From: Oscillospiraceae bacterium
GTDB lineage: Bacteria > Bacillota > Clostridia > Oscillospirales > Oscillospiraceae
Assembly: GCA_036653715.1 (NCBI GenBank)
Contig: JAVVTL010000002.1
Location: forward strand, 65 to 64,064
Length of the DNA: 64,000 nucleotides
Direction: 5' to 3'
Part shown: positions 19,086-27,809 of the stretch, piece after piece
Layout of the letters: each line of letters begins with the position of its first letter
Numbering within the stretch: position 1 is the first letter of the stretch
Translations under genes and position numbers: made by a program
The notes under the pieces: generated by a model
The model's input: the letters and a program-made list of their open reading frames with translations, nothing else
Told to the model about the DNA's origin: nothing
Databases searched by the model: none

Positions 19086-19829
19086 ATGTTCAAAACGACG
19101 CGTGGGCTTGTGCTCCGCGAGGTTCACTATAAAGAAGCCGACCGCATCCTCACAATCCTCACGGAGGACGACGGCAAGCTGACGGCAAAGGCGCGCGGGG
19201 CGCTGCGCTCAAAGAGCAAGGTTTCCGCCGCGACGCAGCTTTTGGCGTTTTCCGATTTAACGCTCTATTCCCACAACGGCATGTGGACGGTGAGCGAGGC
19301 CGTGTCGGTGGAGCAGTTTTTGGGTCTGAGGACGGACATAACCCGCCTTGCTCTCGGCAGCTACATCGCCGAGGTGCTCGAGGCGGTCTGCGACGAGGAC
19401 GCGCCGGACGCCGCCATTCTTCACCTTGGACTGAACAGCCTCTACGCCCTGTCCTCGGGCATGTATCCGCAGGCTCAGGTCAAGGCGGCGTTTGAGCTGC
19501 GGCTGATGTGCCTCTCCGGCTACGAGCCGGAGCTTTCGGCCTGCCGTGCCTGCGGCAGGGAGGACGCCCTGTTCGGCAGCTTTCTCCCCGCGAACGGCGA
19601 ATTCTACTGCGAAAACTGCAAAAAGCCGGGTGCCATCAAAATCGACGCCGGCGTCCTTGCCGCGATGCGGCACATAATAAGCGCGGAGCCAAAGCGGGTC
19701 TTTTCCTTCTCACTCGACGACGAGGGGCTTGCAAACCTTGCCGCCGTTTGCGAGGCATATGCGCTATATGAGCTGGACCGCCCCTTCGGCAGTCTGGACT
19801 ACTACAGGAAGCTAAGGAAATTCACATGA
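19086..19829 (+). CDS. recO: DNA repair protein RecO
   Basis: N-terminal OB pattern MFKTTRGLVLREVHYKEADRIL and a Cys4 zinc motif (CRACG...CENC). The track ORF starts at TTG 19065. Confidence 0.85.
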   Translation: MFKTTRGLVLREVHYKEADRILTILTEDDGKLTAKARGALRSKSKVSAATQLLAFSDLTLYSHNGMWTVSEAVSVEQFLGLRTDITRLALGSYIAEVLEAVCDEDAPDAAILHLGLNSLYALSSGMYPQAQVKAAFELRLMCLSGYEPELSACRACGREDALFGSFLPANGEFYCENCKKPGAIKIDAGVLAAMRHIISAEPKRVFSFSLDDEGLANLAAVCEAYALYELDRPFGSLDYYRKLRKFT

Positions 19830-22198
19830 CACAGTACGAAAAATCCGTGGTCACGCTTGAGCTGCCCGCGGTTTTGGAGCTTTTGGCGGGGGAGGCCGTC
19901 AGCGACTCGGCGCGGGAGCGGGCGCTCTCGCTCATGCCCTCCACGGATGCATCAGAGGTAAAAAAACGGCTCGGAGAGACAAGCGCCGCAAGAAGCATGA
20001 TGGTGACGCGCGGCAGCCCGTCGTTTTCGGGTCTGAAGGACGTGCGCCCGTCGCTCTCCCGCGCCGACATGGGCGGCACGCTCAACACGCGTGAGCTGCT
20101 GGAAATCGCCTCCGTCCTCTGCGCCGCACGCGGGGCAAGAGCCTATTCCGAGGGCGACAGGGGCGCTCAGCGCAGCTGCATCGACTACCTCTTTGCCTCG
20201 CTCCAAACCAACAAATTCCTTGAGGACAAGATAACAACCTCCATCGCCGGCGAGGACGAGCTGACGGATTCCGCAAGCCCGGAGCTGGCGTCTATCCGCA
20301 GGCTTATCAGAGCCGCCTCCGCTCGTGTGAGAGAGGCGCTCCAAAAAATAATCTCCTCGCCCTCCTACGCAAAGGCGCTTCAGGACCCAATCATCACCAC
20401 GCGCTCCGAGCGCTTTGTCGTCCCCGTAAAGGCAGAGTGCAAGAACTCCGTGCCGGGACTTGTGCACGACGTCTCCTCCTCGGGTGCGACGCTTTTCATA
20501 GAGCCTATGGGCGCGGTGAAGGCGAATAACGAGCTTCGCGAGCTGCGCGCCAAGGAAAAGGCGGAGGTAGAGCGCATACTTGCCGAGCTTTCCGCCGACT
20601 GCGCCGAGCACGCGCTCGATATAGGCAGCGATTTCTCCGTCCTTGCGGCGCTCGACCTCATCTTTGCCAAGGCAAAGCTCTCATATAAGCTTGACGGCAT
20701 AGAGCCGGAGCTGACGGAGAGCTGCGTGCGCCTGCGCCGCGCGAGACACCCGCTGCTCGATCAGGCGAAGGCTGTGCCAATCGACCTCGAGCTGGGCGCG
20801 GACTACGACACGCTTGTCATAACCGGCCCCAATACCGGCGGCAAGACCGTCACCCTCAAGACCATCGGTCTGCTCTGCGTCATGGCGGCCTGCGGACTGC
20901 ACATCCCCGCGGCGGACGGCAGCGCCGTCCCCGTTCTGCACGGCGTCATGGCGGACATCGGCGACGAACAGAGCATAGAACAAAACCTCTCCACATTTTC
21001 CTCGCACATGACCAATATAGTCCGCATACTCGCCGAGTGCGGCGAAGGCTCGCTCATACTTTTCGACGAGCTTGGCGCGGGCACAGACCCCACGGAGGGC
21101 GCTGCCATCGCCATCGCCGTCATAGAATACGCGCGTCAGCGCGGAGCCATCATAGCGGCGACAACCCACTACGCGGAGCTGAAGGTCTACGCCACCACGG
21201 CAAAGGGCGTCATGAACGCCTCCTGCGAATTTGACGTGACCACCCTGCGCCCCACCTATAGGCTGCTTGTCGGCATACCGGGCAAGTCAAACGCCTTTGC
21301 CATATCCCGCAGGCTCGGTCTGCCGGAGGAGGTCGTGGAGGACGCCAAAAGCCGCGTAGGCGTCGAGAGCGCAAGCTTTGAGGCGACAATCGAGAAGCTT
21401 GAGCAGGTGCGTCAGGCGCTCGAGCGCGACAGGGAGGAGACACAGCATAAGCTCAGAGAGGCGGAGGAAAACCGCCGCCAGTCGGCAAATCTCCGCATAG
21501 AGCTTTCCATGCGCCTTGACAAGGCGGGGGAGAAGGCCAGGCGCGACGCCGCGCGTCTCGTCGCCGAGGCGAGGGAGACGGCGGAGGCAACCTTTGCGGA
21601 GCTTGACGAGATGCGCGAGCGCCTGAGCGAGGACGAGGACCACAGAGCCGCGAATGAGGCGAGGGCCGAGCTGCGCCGCAGGCTGAACGAGGCGGAGGGA
21701 AAATTCTCCGAAAAGGCGCAGGTGCCTCAGGAACCGAAAAAGCCGGGCCGTCCCGCCGTCGCGGGGGACACGGTCGAGATAATCTCCATGGGCGTCAAGG
21801 CGCAGGTGGTCTCCGTCGAGAGAGACGGGACGCTGAAGCTCCTTGCCGGCGTCCTGAAGCTCTCGCAAAAGCAGAGCGAGGTCTGCGTCGTCGAGAGCGC
21901 CAAAAAAAAGGAAAGCGCCGCCGTTTCCTACAGCACGGGTCTGCGCGAGGCGGCAATGTCCACCGAGCTTGACCTGCGCGGCATGGAGACTCTCGACGCC
22001 ATTCCGGTGCTCGAGCACTACATCGACGGCGCCTCAATGGCAAAGCTTGAGACGGTCATGATAATCCACGGAAAGGGTACCGGAGCGCTCAGAAAAGCCG
22101 TGCAGGAAAATCTGCGGCGCAACAAATTCGTCAAGAGCTTCCGACTGGGGCGCTATGGCGAGGGCGAAACGGGAGTGACCGTTGTAGAACTGAAATAA
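19826..22198 (+). CDS. mutS2: endonuclease MutS2
   Basis: 790 aa with Walker A GPNTGGKT, a MutS ATPase core, a long coiled-coil region and a C-terminal Smr domain (LDLRGM, IIHGKGTGALR). Confidence 0.92.
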   Translation: MTQYEKSVVTLELPAVLELLAGEAVSDSARERALSLMPSTDASEVKKRLGETSAARSMMVTRGSPSFSGLKDVRPSLSRADMGGTLNTRELLEIASVLCAARGARAYSEGDRGAQRSCIDYLFASLQTNKFLEDKITTSIAGEDELTDSASPELASIRRLIRAASARVREALQKIISSPSYAKALQDPIITTRSERFVVPVKAECKNSVPGLVHDVSSSGATLFIEPMGAVKANNELRELRAKEKAEVERILAELSADCAEHALDIGSDFSVLAALDLIFAKAKLSYKLDGIEPELTESCVRLRRARHPLLDQAKAVPIDLELGADYDTLVITGPNTGGKTVTLKTIGLLCVMAACGLHIPAADGSAVPVLHGVMADIGDEQSIEQNLSTFSSHMTNIVRILAECGEGSLILFDELGAGTDPTEGAAIAIAVIEYARQRGAIIAATTHYAELKVYATTAKGVMNASCEFDVTTLRPTYRLLVGIPGKSNAFAISRRLGLPEEVVEDAKSRVGVESASFEATIEKLEQVRQALERDREETQHKLREAEENRRQSANLRIELSMRLDKAGEKARRDAARLVAEARETAEATFAELDEMRERLSEDEDHRAANEARAELRRRLNEAEGKFSEKAQVPQEPKKPGRPAVAGDTVEIISMGVKAQVVSVERDGTLKLLAGVLKLSQKQSEVCVVESAKKKESAAVSYSTGLREAAMSTELDLRGMETLDAIPVLEHYIDGASMAKLETVMIIHGKGTGALRKAVQENLRRNKFVKSFRLGRYGEGETGVTVVELK

Positions 22199-22254
22199 AA
22201 CCGGCGGGAGCACGGGCAAATGCCTGTGCAAAAACACAAATCGGGCGAAATGTG

Positions 22255-22290
22255 TTGACGTTTAACCCGAAATTTGCTATGGTATATAAT
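22255..22290 (+). promoter_or_regulatory. candidate sigma-A promoter of ptsH
   Basis: TTGACG (22255-22260), a 17-nt spacer, then TATGGT (22278-22283) preceded by TG at 22275-22276. A perfect TATAAT also lies at 22285-22290. Confidence 0.45.
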
Positions 22291-22320
22291 GCACAAAGGG
22301 TTGTGGAAGGAGTGGCTTCA

Positions 22321-22584
22321 ATGATATCTAAAGAAGTAATCATAAACAATCAGGTCGGTCTCCATGCGAGGCCCGCGACATTTTTCATTCAGAAGGCCAA
22401 CGAATTTAAGAGCAGCATCTGGATCGAAAAGGAAGACCGTCGTGTGAATGCCAAGAGCCTTCTGGGCGTCCTTTCGCTTGGAATCGTCAAGGGCACTTCC
22501 GTCAATATCGTAGCTGACGGCGCTGATGAGAGCATGGCTATCGATACGCTTTCCGAGCTGATAGCTTCGGATTTCTCCGAATAA
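22321..22584 (+). CDS. ptsH: phosphocarrier protein HPr
   Basis: His15 context GLHARPA and Ser46 context NAKSLLGVLSLG. RBS GGAAGGAG lies upstream of ATG 22321. The track ORF starts at 22252. Confidence 0.92.
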   Translation: MISKEVIINNQVGLHARPATFFIQKANEFKSSIWIEKEDRRVNAKSLLGVLSLGIVKGTSVNIVADGADESMAIDTLSELIASDFSE

Positions 22585-22600
22585 GCAAGCAAACAATCCG

Positions 22601-22663
22601 GCGGGGGCGTGAGGACACGCCCCCGCTTCAGCTTTATAAGAAACATTTTTTATAAAGCTGAAG
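22601..22663 (+). terminator. tandem stem-loops downstream of ptsH
   Basis: Hairpin 1: GCGGGGGCGTG-AGGA-CACGCCCCCGC (22601-22626). Hairpin 2: 14-bp perfect stem CTTCAGCTTTATAA / TTATAAAGCTGAAG (22626-22663). Confidence 0.55.
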
Positions 22664-22687
22664 CAACACTGCCGCGGGATTCAAAAT

Positions 22688-22714
22688 GAAAAGGGGGCTT
22701 TCGCCCCCGTTTTC
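22688..22714. terminator. rho-independent terminator-like hairpin
   Basis: AAAA-GGGGGC-TTTC-GCCCCC-GTTTT. Confidence 0.55.
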
Positions 22715-22816
22715 AAGCTTTCCCCCGTGTTTATCCCGTGGATACCGCTTTTTCGACAGTCTGCCGCGTGGGCGTGAGGACACGTCCGCGCCTTAGCTTA
22801 TATGGGAGACACAAAT

Positions 22817-23698
22817 ATGGAAATAACTCAAAAACAAAAAAATGCCGCGATAATCAAGGTGCTCGTCTGCGCGGCACTTTGGAGCATCGCCGGCATTTTT
22901 ATAAAAATGATACCCTGGAACAGCTTCGTCATCGCAGGCCTGCGCAGCCTGACGGCGGGGCTTGTTGCGTTTTCATATATGCGCATCCGGGGCATGAAGC
23001 TCGTCGTTAACAAACGCAGCTTTTTGGCGGGCGTGGCGCTTTGGCTCACGATGACGCTGTTTGTCTGCGCAAATAAGCTCACCACCGCCGCGAACGCGAT
23101 TGTCCTTCAATTCACCGCGCCGGTGTTCATTATGCTTATTTCCGCCGTATTCTTGGGTAAACGCTTTACGAAAGCGGACATAATAACCGTGCTTGTCACC
23201 CTCTTCGGAATTTCGCTCTTTTTCTTCGACAAGCTTGAGGCGGGCAGTCTTTTCGGGAACCTTGTAGCGCTCGGCGCGGGCGTCGCCTTCGCCTGCTACT
23301 ACATCAGCCTCGGCACCTCTCAAGAGGACGGGCGGCTCTCGGCGATAGTCATAGCAAATGCCCTTACCTTCATCGTGTCCCTGCCCTTTATCTTCATAAC
23401 AAAGCCGGAGCTTACGGCGCTGCCGCTCCTCTATATCGTCATACTCGGCGTGGTGCAGCTCGGCATCCCCTATGTCCTGCTCGCGACGGCGGCGGAGTAT
23501 TGCCCCCCGCTTGCCTGCTCGCTCTTGGGCGCACTGGAGCCGCTTCTGAATCCCGTCTGGGTGTTTTTGTTTGACGGCGAGGCACCGGGAACAATGGCGC
23601 TCGTCGGCGGAGCGGTTGTAATCGCCACAATTTCGCTCTGGTGCATATACAACGACAGAGCCGCGAAAAAAATCGCGGCGACGGAGGCCGCAACCTGA
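22817..23698 (+). CDS. DMT-superfamily (EamA-like) transporter
   Basis: 10-TM-like hydrophobic profile with two EamA-type halves. RBS GGGAGA lies 7 nt before ATG 22817. Confidence 0.8.
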   Translation: MEITQKQKNAAIIKVLVCAALWSIAGIFIKMIPWNSFVIAGLRSLTAGLVAFSYMRIRGMKLVVNKRSFLAGVALWLTMTLFVCANKLTTAANAIVLQFTAPVFIMLISAVFLGKRFTKADIITVLVTLFGISLFFFDKLEAGSLFGNLVALGAGVAFACYYISLGTSQEDGRLSAIVIANALTFIVSLPFIFITKPELTALPLLYIVILGVVQLGIPYVLLATAAEYCPPLACSLLGALEPLLNPVWVFLFDGEAPGTMALVGGAVVIATISLWCIYNDRAAKKIAATEAAT

Positions 23699-25524
23699 TG
23701 GATGAGCTGCGCGAAAAAGCCAACAGACTGCCGCTGCTGCCGGGCGTGTACATCATGCGCGACGCGGCGGAAGAGGTCATCTATGTCGGCAAGGCCAAGG
23801 CGCTCAAAAACCGCGTCTCGAGCTATTTTCGCGGTGAGCATCTGCCAAAGGTCGCCGCCATGGTCGAGAAGGTCGCGCGCTTCGACGTCATCGTCGCCTC
23901 CTCCGAGTTCGAGGCGCTGGTGCTGGAAAACTCCCTCATAAAGCGCCACAGACCCCACTACAACATCCTGCTGAAGGACGACAAGGGCTATCCCTTCATT
24001 CGTCTCGACGTAAAGAGCGAATACCCGTCCTTCACGCTTGTCAACAAGACGGCAAAGGACGGCGCACGATATTTCGGCCCCTATGGCGGGCGCGGCATGT
24101 CGGGCGATATCATCGACACCATCTGCAAGACGCTCCTTCTGCCCACCTGCTCAAGAAAATTCCCGCGCGACATCGGCAAGGCGCGCCCCTGCCTCAACTA
24201 CCACATGGGCAGCTGCGCCGGCTGGTGCATGAAGGACGCGAGCGCGGAGGAATATCGCGCCGCCATGCGCGAGGCGGAGCTTATCATCGGAGGCGAGACG
24301 AAAAAGCTCGTCGCCGAGCTGTCGGAGCGCATGGAAGCGGCGTCGGAGTCACTGCGCTTTGAGCTTGCCGCATCTCTGCGTGACCGCATCCGCTCTGTGG
24401 AGGGGCTTGCCAACCGCCAGCGCGTCATCTCCGCCGTCTACGCGGACACGGACGCAATCGGCTTCAACAGAGGCGCCAAAACCTGCTTCTCGGTGCTGCA
24501 TTTCATCGACGGGGATTTGGCAGGCAAGGACTTCGAGCTGATGGACGAGCCTCTTGAGGAGGACGCGGAAGCCGTTTCCGGCCTCGTGCGCCAGTATTAC
24601 GCCGAGCGCGGCTCATGGCCTAAGTTCATTCTCCTGCCCGTGGAGACCGAGGACACGGAGCCGCTTTCGCAGCTCTTTTCCGAGGCGGCGGGAAGAAAAG
24701 TCGCGGTGGAGACGCCGAAGCGCGGCGACAGGCTGCGCCTCACGGAGGCCGCCATGACGAACGCCCGCGAGGAGAGCGAGCGCGCGGCGACGGCACACCA
24801 AAAAAATCTCAAGACCCTCGAGTGGCTTCAAAAAACCCTCGGGCTGCCCGCTCCGCCCGAGCGGATAGAGGCCTTTGACGTCTCAAACCTCGGCGGGGAG
24901 GGAATAGTCGCCGCCATGACGGTGTTCCTGCGCGGCAGGCCGCTCAAGCGCGACTACCGCAAATTCCGCATGAAGGACGTCTTGGAGCAGGACGACTACG
25001 CCTCGATGCGGGAGGCCGTCTCAAGGCGCTTCCAAAGGCTTGCGGACGGCGACGCCAAGTTCGCCGACATGCCGGACCTTCTGCTGATTGACGGCGGCGC
25101 GACGCACGCGGACGCAGCGCTCGGAATTCTTCGCGAGCTGGGCGTCTCGGTACCCGTCTTCGGCATGGTAAAGGACGACCGCCACCGCACGCGCGCGCTC
25201 GTTTCGCCCTCCGGCGAGGAGATAGGCATATCCGGCAATCCCGCCGTGTTCGCCCTCGTCGGCACCATACAGGAGGAGACGCACCGCTTTGCCATCGAAT
25301 ATCAGCGCTCCCTGCGCTCGGCGCATATGCATTCCGGTCTTGACGACATCCCCGGCGTGGGAGACAGGCGACGCGAGCAGCTTTTGGAGCATTTCAAGAC
25401 CATTAAGGCGATAAAAGCCGCAAACCTTGAGGAACTGTGCGCCGCCGTCCCGAAAAACACGGCGCGCGCCGTATACGACCACTATCACCCCCAAAGTCCG
25501 GGCGAATGCCCCAAGAAGGAGTAA
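23698..25524 (+). CDS. uvrC: excinuclease ABC subunit UvrC
   Basis: GIY-YIG N-terminus (PGVYIMRD...VIYVGKAKALKNRV), UVR domain, and an RNase H-like/HhH2 C-terminus. ATG 23698 overlaps the upstream stop. Confidence 0.95.
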   Translation: MDELREKANRLPLLPGVYIMRDAAEEVIYVGKAKALKNRVSSYFRGEHLPKVAAMVEKVARFDVIVASSEFEALVLENSLIKRHRPHYNILLKDDKGYPFIRLDVKSEYPSFTLVNKTAKDGARYFGPYGGRGMSGDIIDTICKTLLLPTCSRKFPRDIGKARPCLNYHMGSCAGWCMKDASAEEYRAAMREAELIIGGETKKLVAELSERMEAASESLRFELAASLRDRIRSVEGLANRQRVISAVYADTDAIGFNRGAKTCFSVLHFIDGDLAGKDFELMDEPLEEDAEAVSGLVRQYYAERGSWPKFILLPVETEDTEPLSQLFSEAAGRKVAVETPKRGDRLRLTEAAMTNAREESERAATAHQKNLKTLEWLQKTLGLPAPPERIEAFDVSNLGGEGIVAAMTVFLRGRPLKRDYRKFRMKDVLEQDDYASMREAVSRRFQRLADGDAKFADMPDLLLIDGGATHADAALGILRELGVSVPVFGMVKDDRHRTRALVSPSGEEIGISGNPAVFALVGTIQEETHRFAIEYQRSLRSAHMHSGLDDIPGVGDRRREQLLEHFKTIKAIKAANLEELCAAVPKNTARAVYDHYHPQSPGECPKKE

Positions 25525-25529
25525 TGAAC

Positions 25530-26072
25530 ATGCGAGTAATAACAGGCAGCGTCAGAGGCCGCAAGCTGAAGGAGCCAAAGGGGCTGGACATCCGTCCCAC
25601 CTCCGATATGATCAAGGAGGCTGTTTTCAACATCATACAATACGACATCGAGGGCAGACGCGTCCTCGACCTGTTTGCCGGCACCGGTCAAATGGGAGTG
25701 GAGGCGCTGTCACGCGGGGCGGCGGAGGTCGTCTTTGCGGACGAGAGCCGCGAGTCTGTCAAGCTCGTTCGGGAGAATCTTGCCCTCTGCGGCTTTGAGG
25801 CGCGGGTGGAGCAGACGGACTCCATAGGCTATATCGACCGCTGCGGAAGGTTCGACCTAATCCTGCTTGATCCGCCCTATGATTCCGGTCTGCTTGAATC
25901 TGCCCTTAAAAGAATCAGAAATGTTGACATATTGTCCGATGGTGGTATAATTATCTGCGAAAGCCCTCGAGAAAAGTCGATGCCCGAGTTGGCAGAGCCA
26001 TATGTCAAGACTCTCGAGCGCAACTACGGCAAGATAAAAATAACGGTCTATATAAAGGAAACAAACAAATGA
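25530..26072 (+). CDS. rsmD: 16S rRNA (guanine966-N2)-methyltransferase RsmD
   Basis: MRVITGSVRGRKLK, PTSDMIKEAVFNI, LDLFAGTGQMGVEALSRGA and DPPY. RBS AAGGAG lies 8 nt upstream. Confidence 0.88.
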   Translation: MRVITGSVRGRKLKEPKGLDIRPTSDMIKEAVFNIIQYDIEGRRVLDLFAGTGQMGVEALSRGAAEVVFADESRESVKLVRENLALCGFEARVEQTDSIGYIDRCGRFDLILLDPPYDSGLLESALKRIRNVDILSDGGIIICESPREKSMPELAEPYVKTLERNYGKIKITVYIKETNK

Positions 26073-26569
26073 GTATCGCTATTTGCCCGGGCAGCTTTGA
26101 CCCAATGACCCTCGGACACCTCAATATCATTCGCCGCACCTCAAACATCTTCGAAAAAGTCGTTGTCGTCATAATGGTAAACTCGGACAAGCATTCCCCA
26201 ATGTTCACAATAGATGAGCGGCAGGAGCTGGCAAGACGCGTCTGCAAGCGCTTCCGCAACGTCAGAGTAGAGTGCCACGACGGGCTCCTGGCGGAATATG
26301 CGAAAAAATTCGACAATCCCGTGATAGTCAAGGGCCTGCGTGAAAATATGGACTTCGAAAACGAATTCCAAATGGCCCTGATAAACAAAAAAATGAATCC
26401 GTCTCTCGAGACAATGTTCCTTACCTCCAGTGAGAAATATACATTCCTCAGTTCGTCTATCGTCAAAGAAATGGCCGCCTACGGTGCAGACCTTTCGGAT
26501 TTTGTCCCCCGTGAGATACTCGCAACCGTGGTGAATAAAGCAAGTACATGGAGGAAGGGCAATGGATAA
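26069..26569 (+). CDS. coaD: pantetheine-phosphate adenylyltransferase
   Basis: PGSFDPMTLGHLNIIRR (T/HxGH motif) and an ISSS-like SSSIVKE. Confidence 0.95.
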   Translation: MSIAICPGSFDPMTLGHLNIIRRTSNIFEKVVVVIMVNSDKHSPMFTIDERQELARRVCKRFRNVRVECHDGLLAEYAKKFDNPVIVKGLRENMDFENEFQMALINKKMNPSLETMFLTSSEKYTFLSSSIVKEMAAYGADLSDFVPREILATVVNKASTWRKGNG

Positions 26570-27092
26570 CGGAAGCGAAGTAATGGAGCTGCTCGAGCTT
26601 CTCTACACAATGGTCTCGGAGGCATGGGGAGTCCCCCTCGGAAACGACAAATGCATCGTGGAACGCGATAAAGTCCTTAATCTCCTTGAAGAAATCAAAG
26701 CCCAGCTCCCCGTCGAGCTGTCGGAGGCAAAGCGCCTCGTCTCCGCGAGAGACGAATTCATCGGCAACGCCAAGCGAGAGGCGGAGTCCGTCCGCCGTTT
26801 GGCAGAGGAAAAAGCCCGCGCCATGGTGGAGGAACAGGAAATCGTCCGCATCTCCCGCGCCCGCGCAAACGAGCTTATGACGAACGCCGACAACAAATCC
26901 CGCGAGCTGCGCCGTGTCGCCAACGAATACGTTGACGACGCCCTTCGCCGTACCGAAGAAGCAGTCACCGCCGCGCTGGACGAAATACACCAGTCCCGTG
27001 GCCGTTTTCGCGGTGCCGCAGGCATATCCGCCTCAGCCGCCGCCCGTCCCGCACAACGAATCGAGACTATGAGCGAGGATGATTTTAAGTAA
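26562..27092 (+). CDS. coiled-coil protein of unknown function
   Basis: 176 aa with a long charged heptad-like region (EAKRLVSARDEF...RRLAEEKARAMVEEQE). It is translationally overlapped with coaD and followed by a strong terminator. Confidence 0.5.
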   Translation: MDNGSEVMELLELLYTMVSEAWGVPLGNDKCIVERDKVLNLLEEIKAQLPVELSEAKRLVSARDEFIGNAKREAESVRRLAEEKARAMVEEQEIVRISRARANELMTNADNKSRELRRVANEYVDDALRRTEEAVTAALDEIHQSRGRFRGAAGISASAAARPAQRIETMSEDDFK

Positions 27093-27137
27093 ATTAAATC
27101 ATCCGTGATACTGCCCAAGCCACAACATATAGACACA

Positions 27138-27175
27138 AAGCGCCCGCCGTTCATCGGCGGGCGCTTCATTTTGTG
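27138..27175 (+). terminator. rho-independent terminator
   Basis: AAGCGCCCGCCG-TTCAT-CGGCGGGCGCTT followed by CATTTTGT. Confidence 0.65.
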
Positions 27176-27248
27176 CGCACAGGTCACAGTAGGGCGCGAA
27201 GATACGCGAAGACTCGGGAAAAATCATCATTTTTTATAAAAATACCTC

Positions 27249-27277
27249 TTGCTTTTTTAGACTTCCATTTATATAAT
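27249..27277 (+). promoter_or_regulatory. candidate sigma-A promoter of the dcw (mraZ) operon
   Basis: TTGCTT (27249-27254), a 17-nt spacer, then TATAAT (27272-27277). Confidence 0.55.
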
Positions 27278-27286
27278 GAGCACAGC

Positions 27287-27313
27287 AAAGTGGAGCGAAG
27301 TGGTGGAAAGTGT
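27287..27313 (+). promoter_or_regulatory. candidate MraZ operator: three direct (A)AAGTG(G/T) repeats with 10-bp phasing
   Basis: AAAGTGG at 27287-27293, AAGTGG at 27298-27303 and AAAGTGT at 27307-27313. They lie immediately downstream of the -10 element and upstream of mraZ. Confidence 0.5.
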
Positions 27314-27392
27314 ATATATTTCCCACTGTTTTGCCGTGACGTGGAGAAACTCCCGTTTACGGGCTTTGCAGGGGAAATGGGGGCGGCGGACT

Positions 27393-27809
27393 GTGACAGG
27401 TGAATATCAGCATTCTCTCGATGCAAAGGGCCGACTTTTCATACCCTCGCGCCTGCGTGATGAACTGGGCGATGTGTTTTATGTCACCGTTTCCATGGAC
27501 AAGTGCCTTTCCGCCTACAGCGCGGAGAGCTGGCGCGAGTTTTCGGATAAGGTGGACGCGATGCCCTATGTTAAGCAGCGCAAGATGCGCCCGCTTTTCG
27601 CCTATGCCGCCAAGTGCGAGCCGGACACGCAGGGGCGCATACTGCTGCCGCAGAATCTGCGCGATTTCGCGGGGCTTTCCAAGAGCGTCGCGGTGATAGG
27701 CTGCAACAATCACGCCGAGTTTTGGGACAGCGACAGCTGGGCTCCGATACACGAGGCAGAGACCACGCCCGAAAATATCGCGGCGGTCATGGAAGAATTG
27801 GAGTTCTGA
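27393..27809 (+). CDS. mraZ: transcriptional regulator MraZ
   Basis: (V)TGEYQHSLDAKGRLFIPSRLR and a second DxxGR repeat (PDTQGRILLPQNLR). The GTG 27393 start gives a canonical-length protein. The track ORF starts at 27276. Confidence 0.9.
   Translation: MTGEYQHSLDAKGRLFIPSRLRDELGDVFYVTVSMDKCLSAYSAESWREFSDKVDAMPYVKQRKMRPLFAYAAKCEPDTQGRILLPQNLRDFAGLSKSVAVIGCNNHAEFWDSDSWAPIHEAETTPENIAAVMEELEF

Noticed and set aside
27173-27426. Two overlapping small ORFs (76 aa on +, 80 aa on -) in the mraZ leader.
   Set aside because: They span a terminator, the promoter and the MraZ repeat array. They have no RBS, and the composition is atypical and AT-rich. The region is regulatory DNA.
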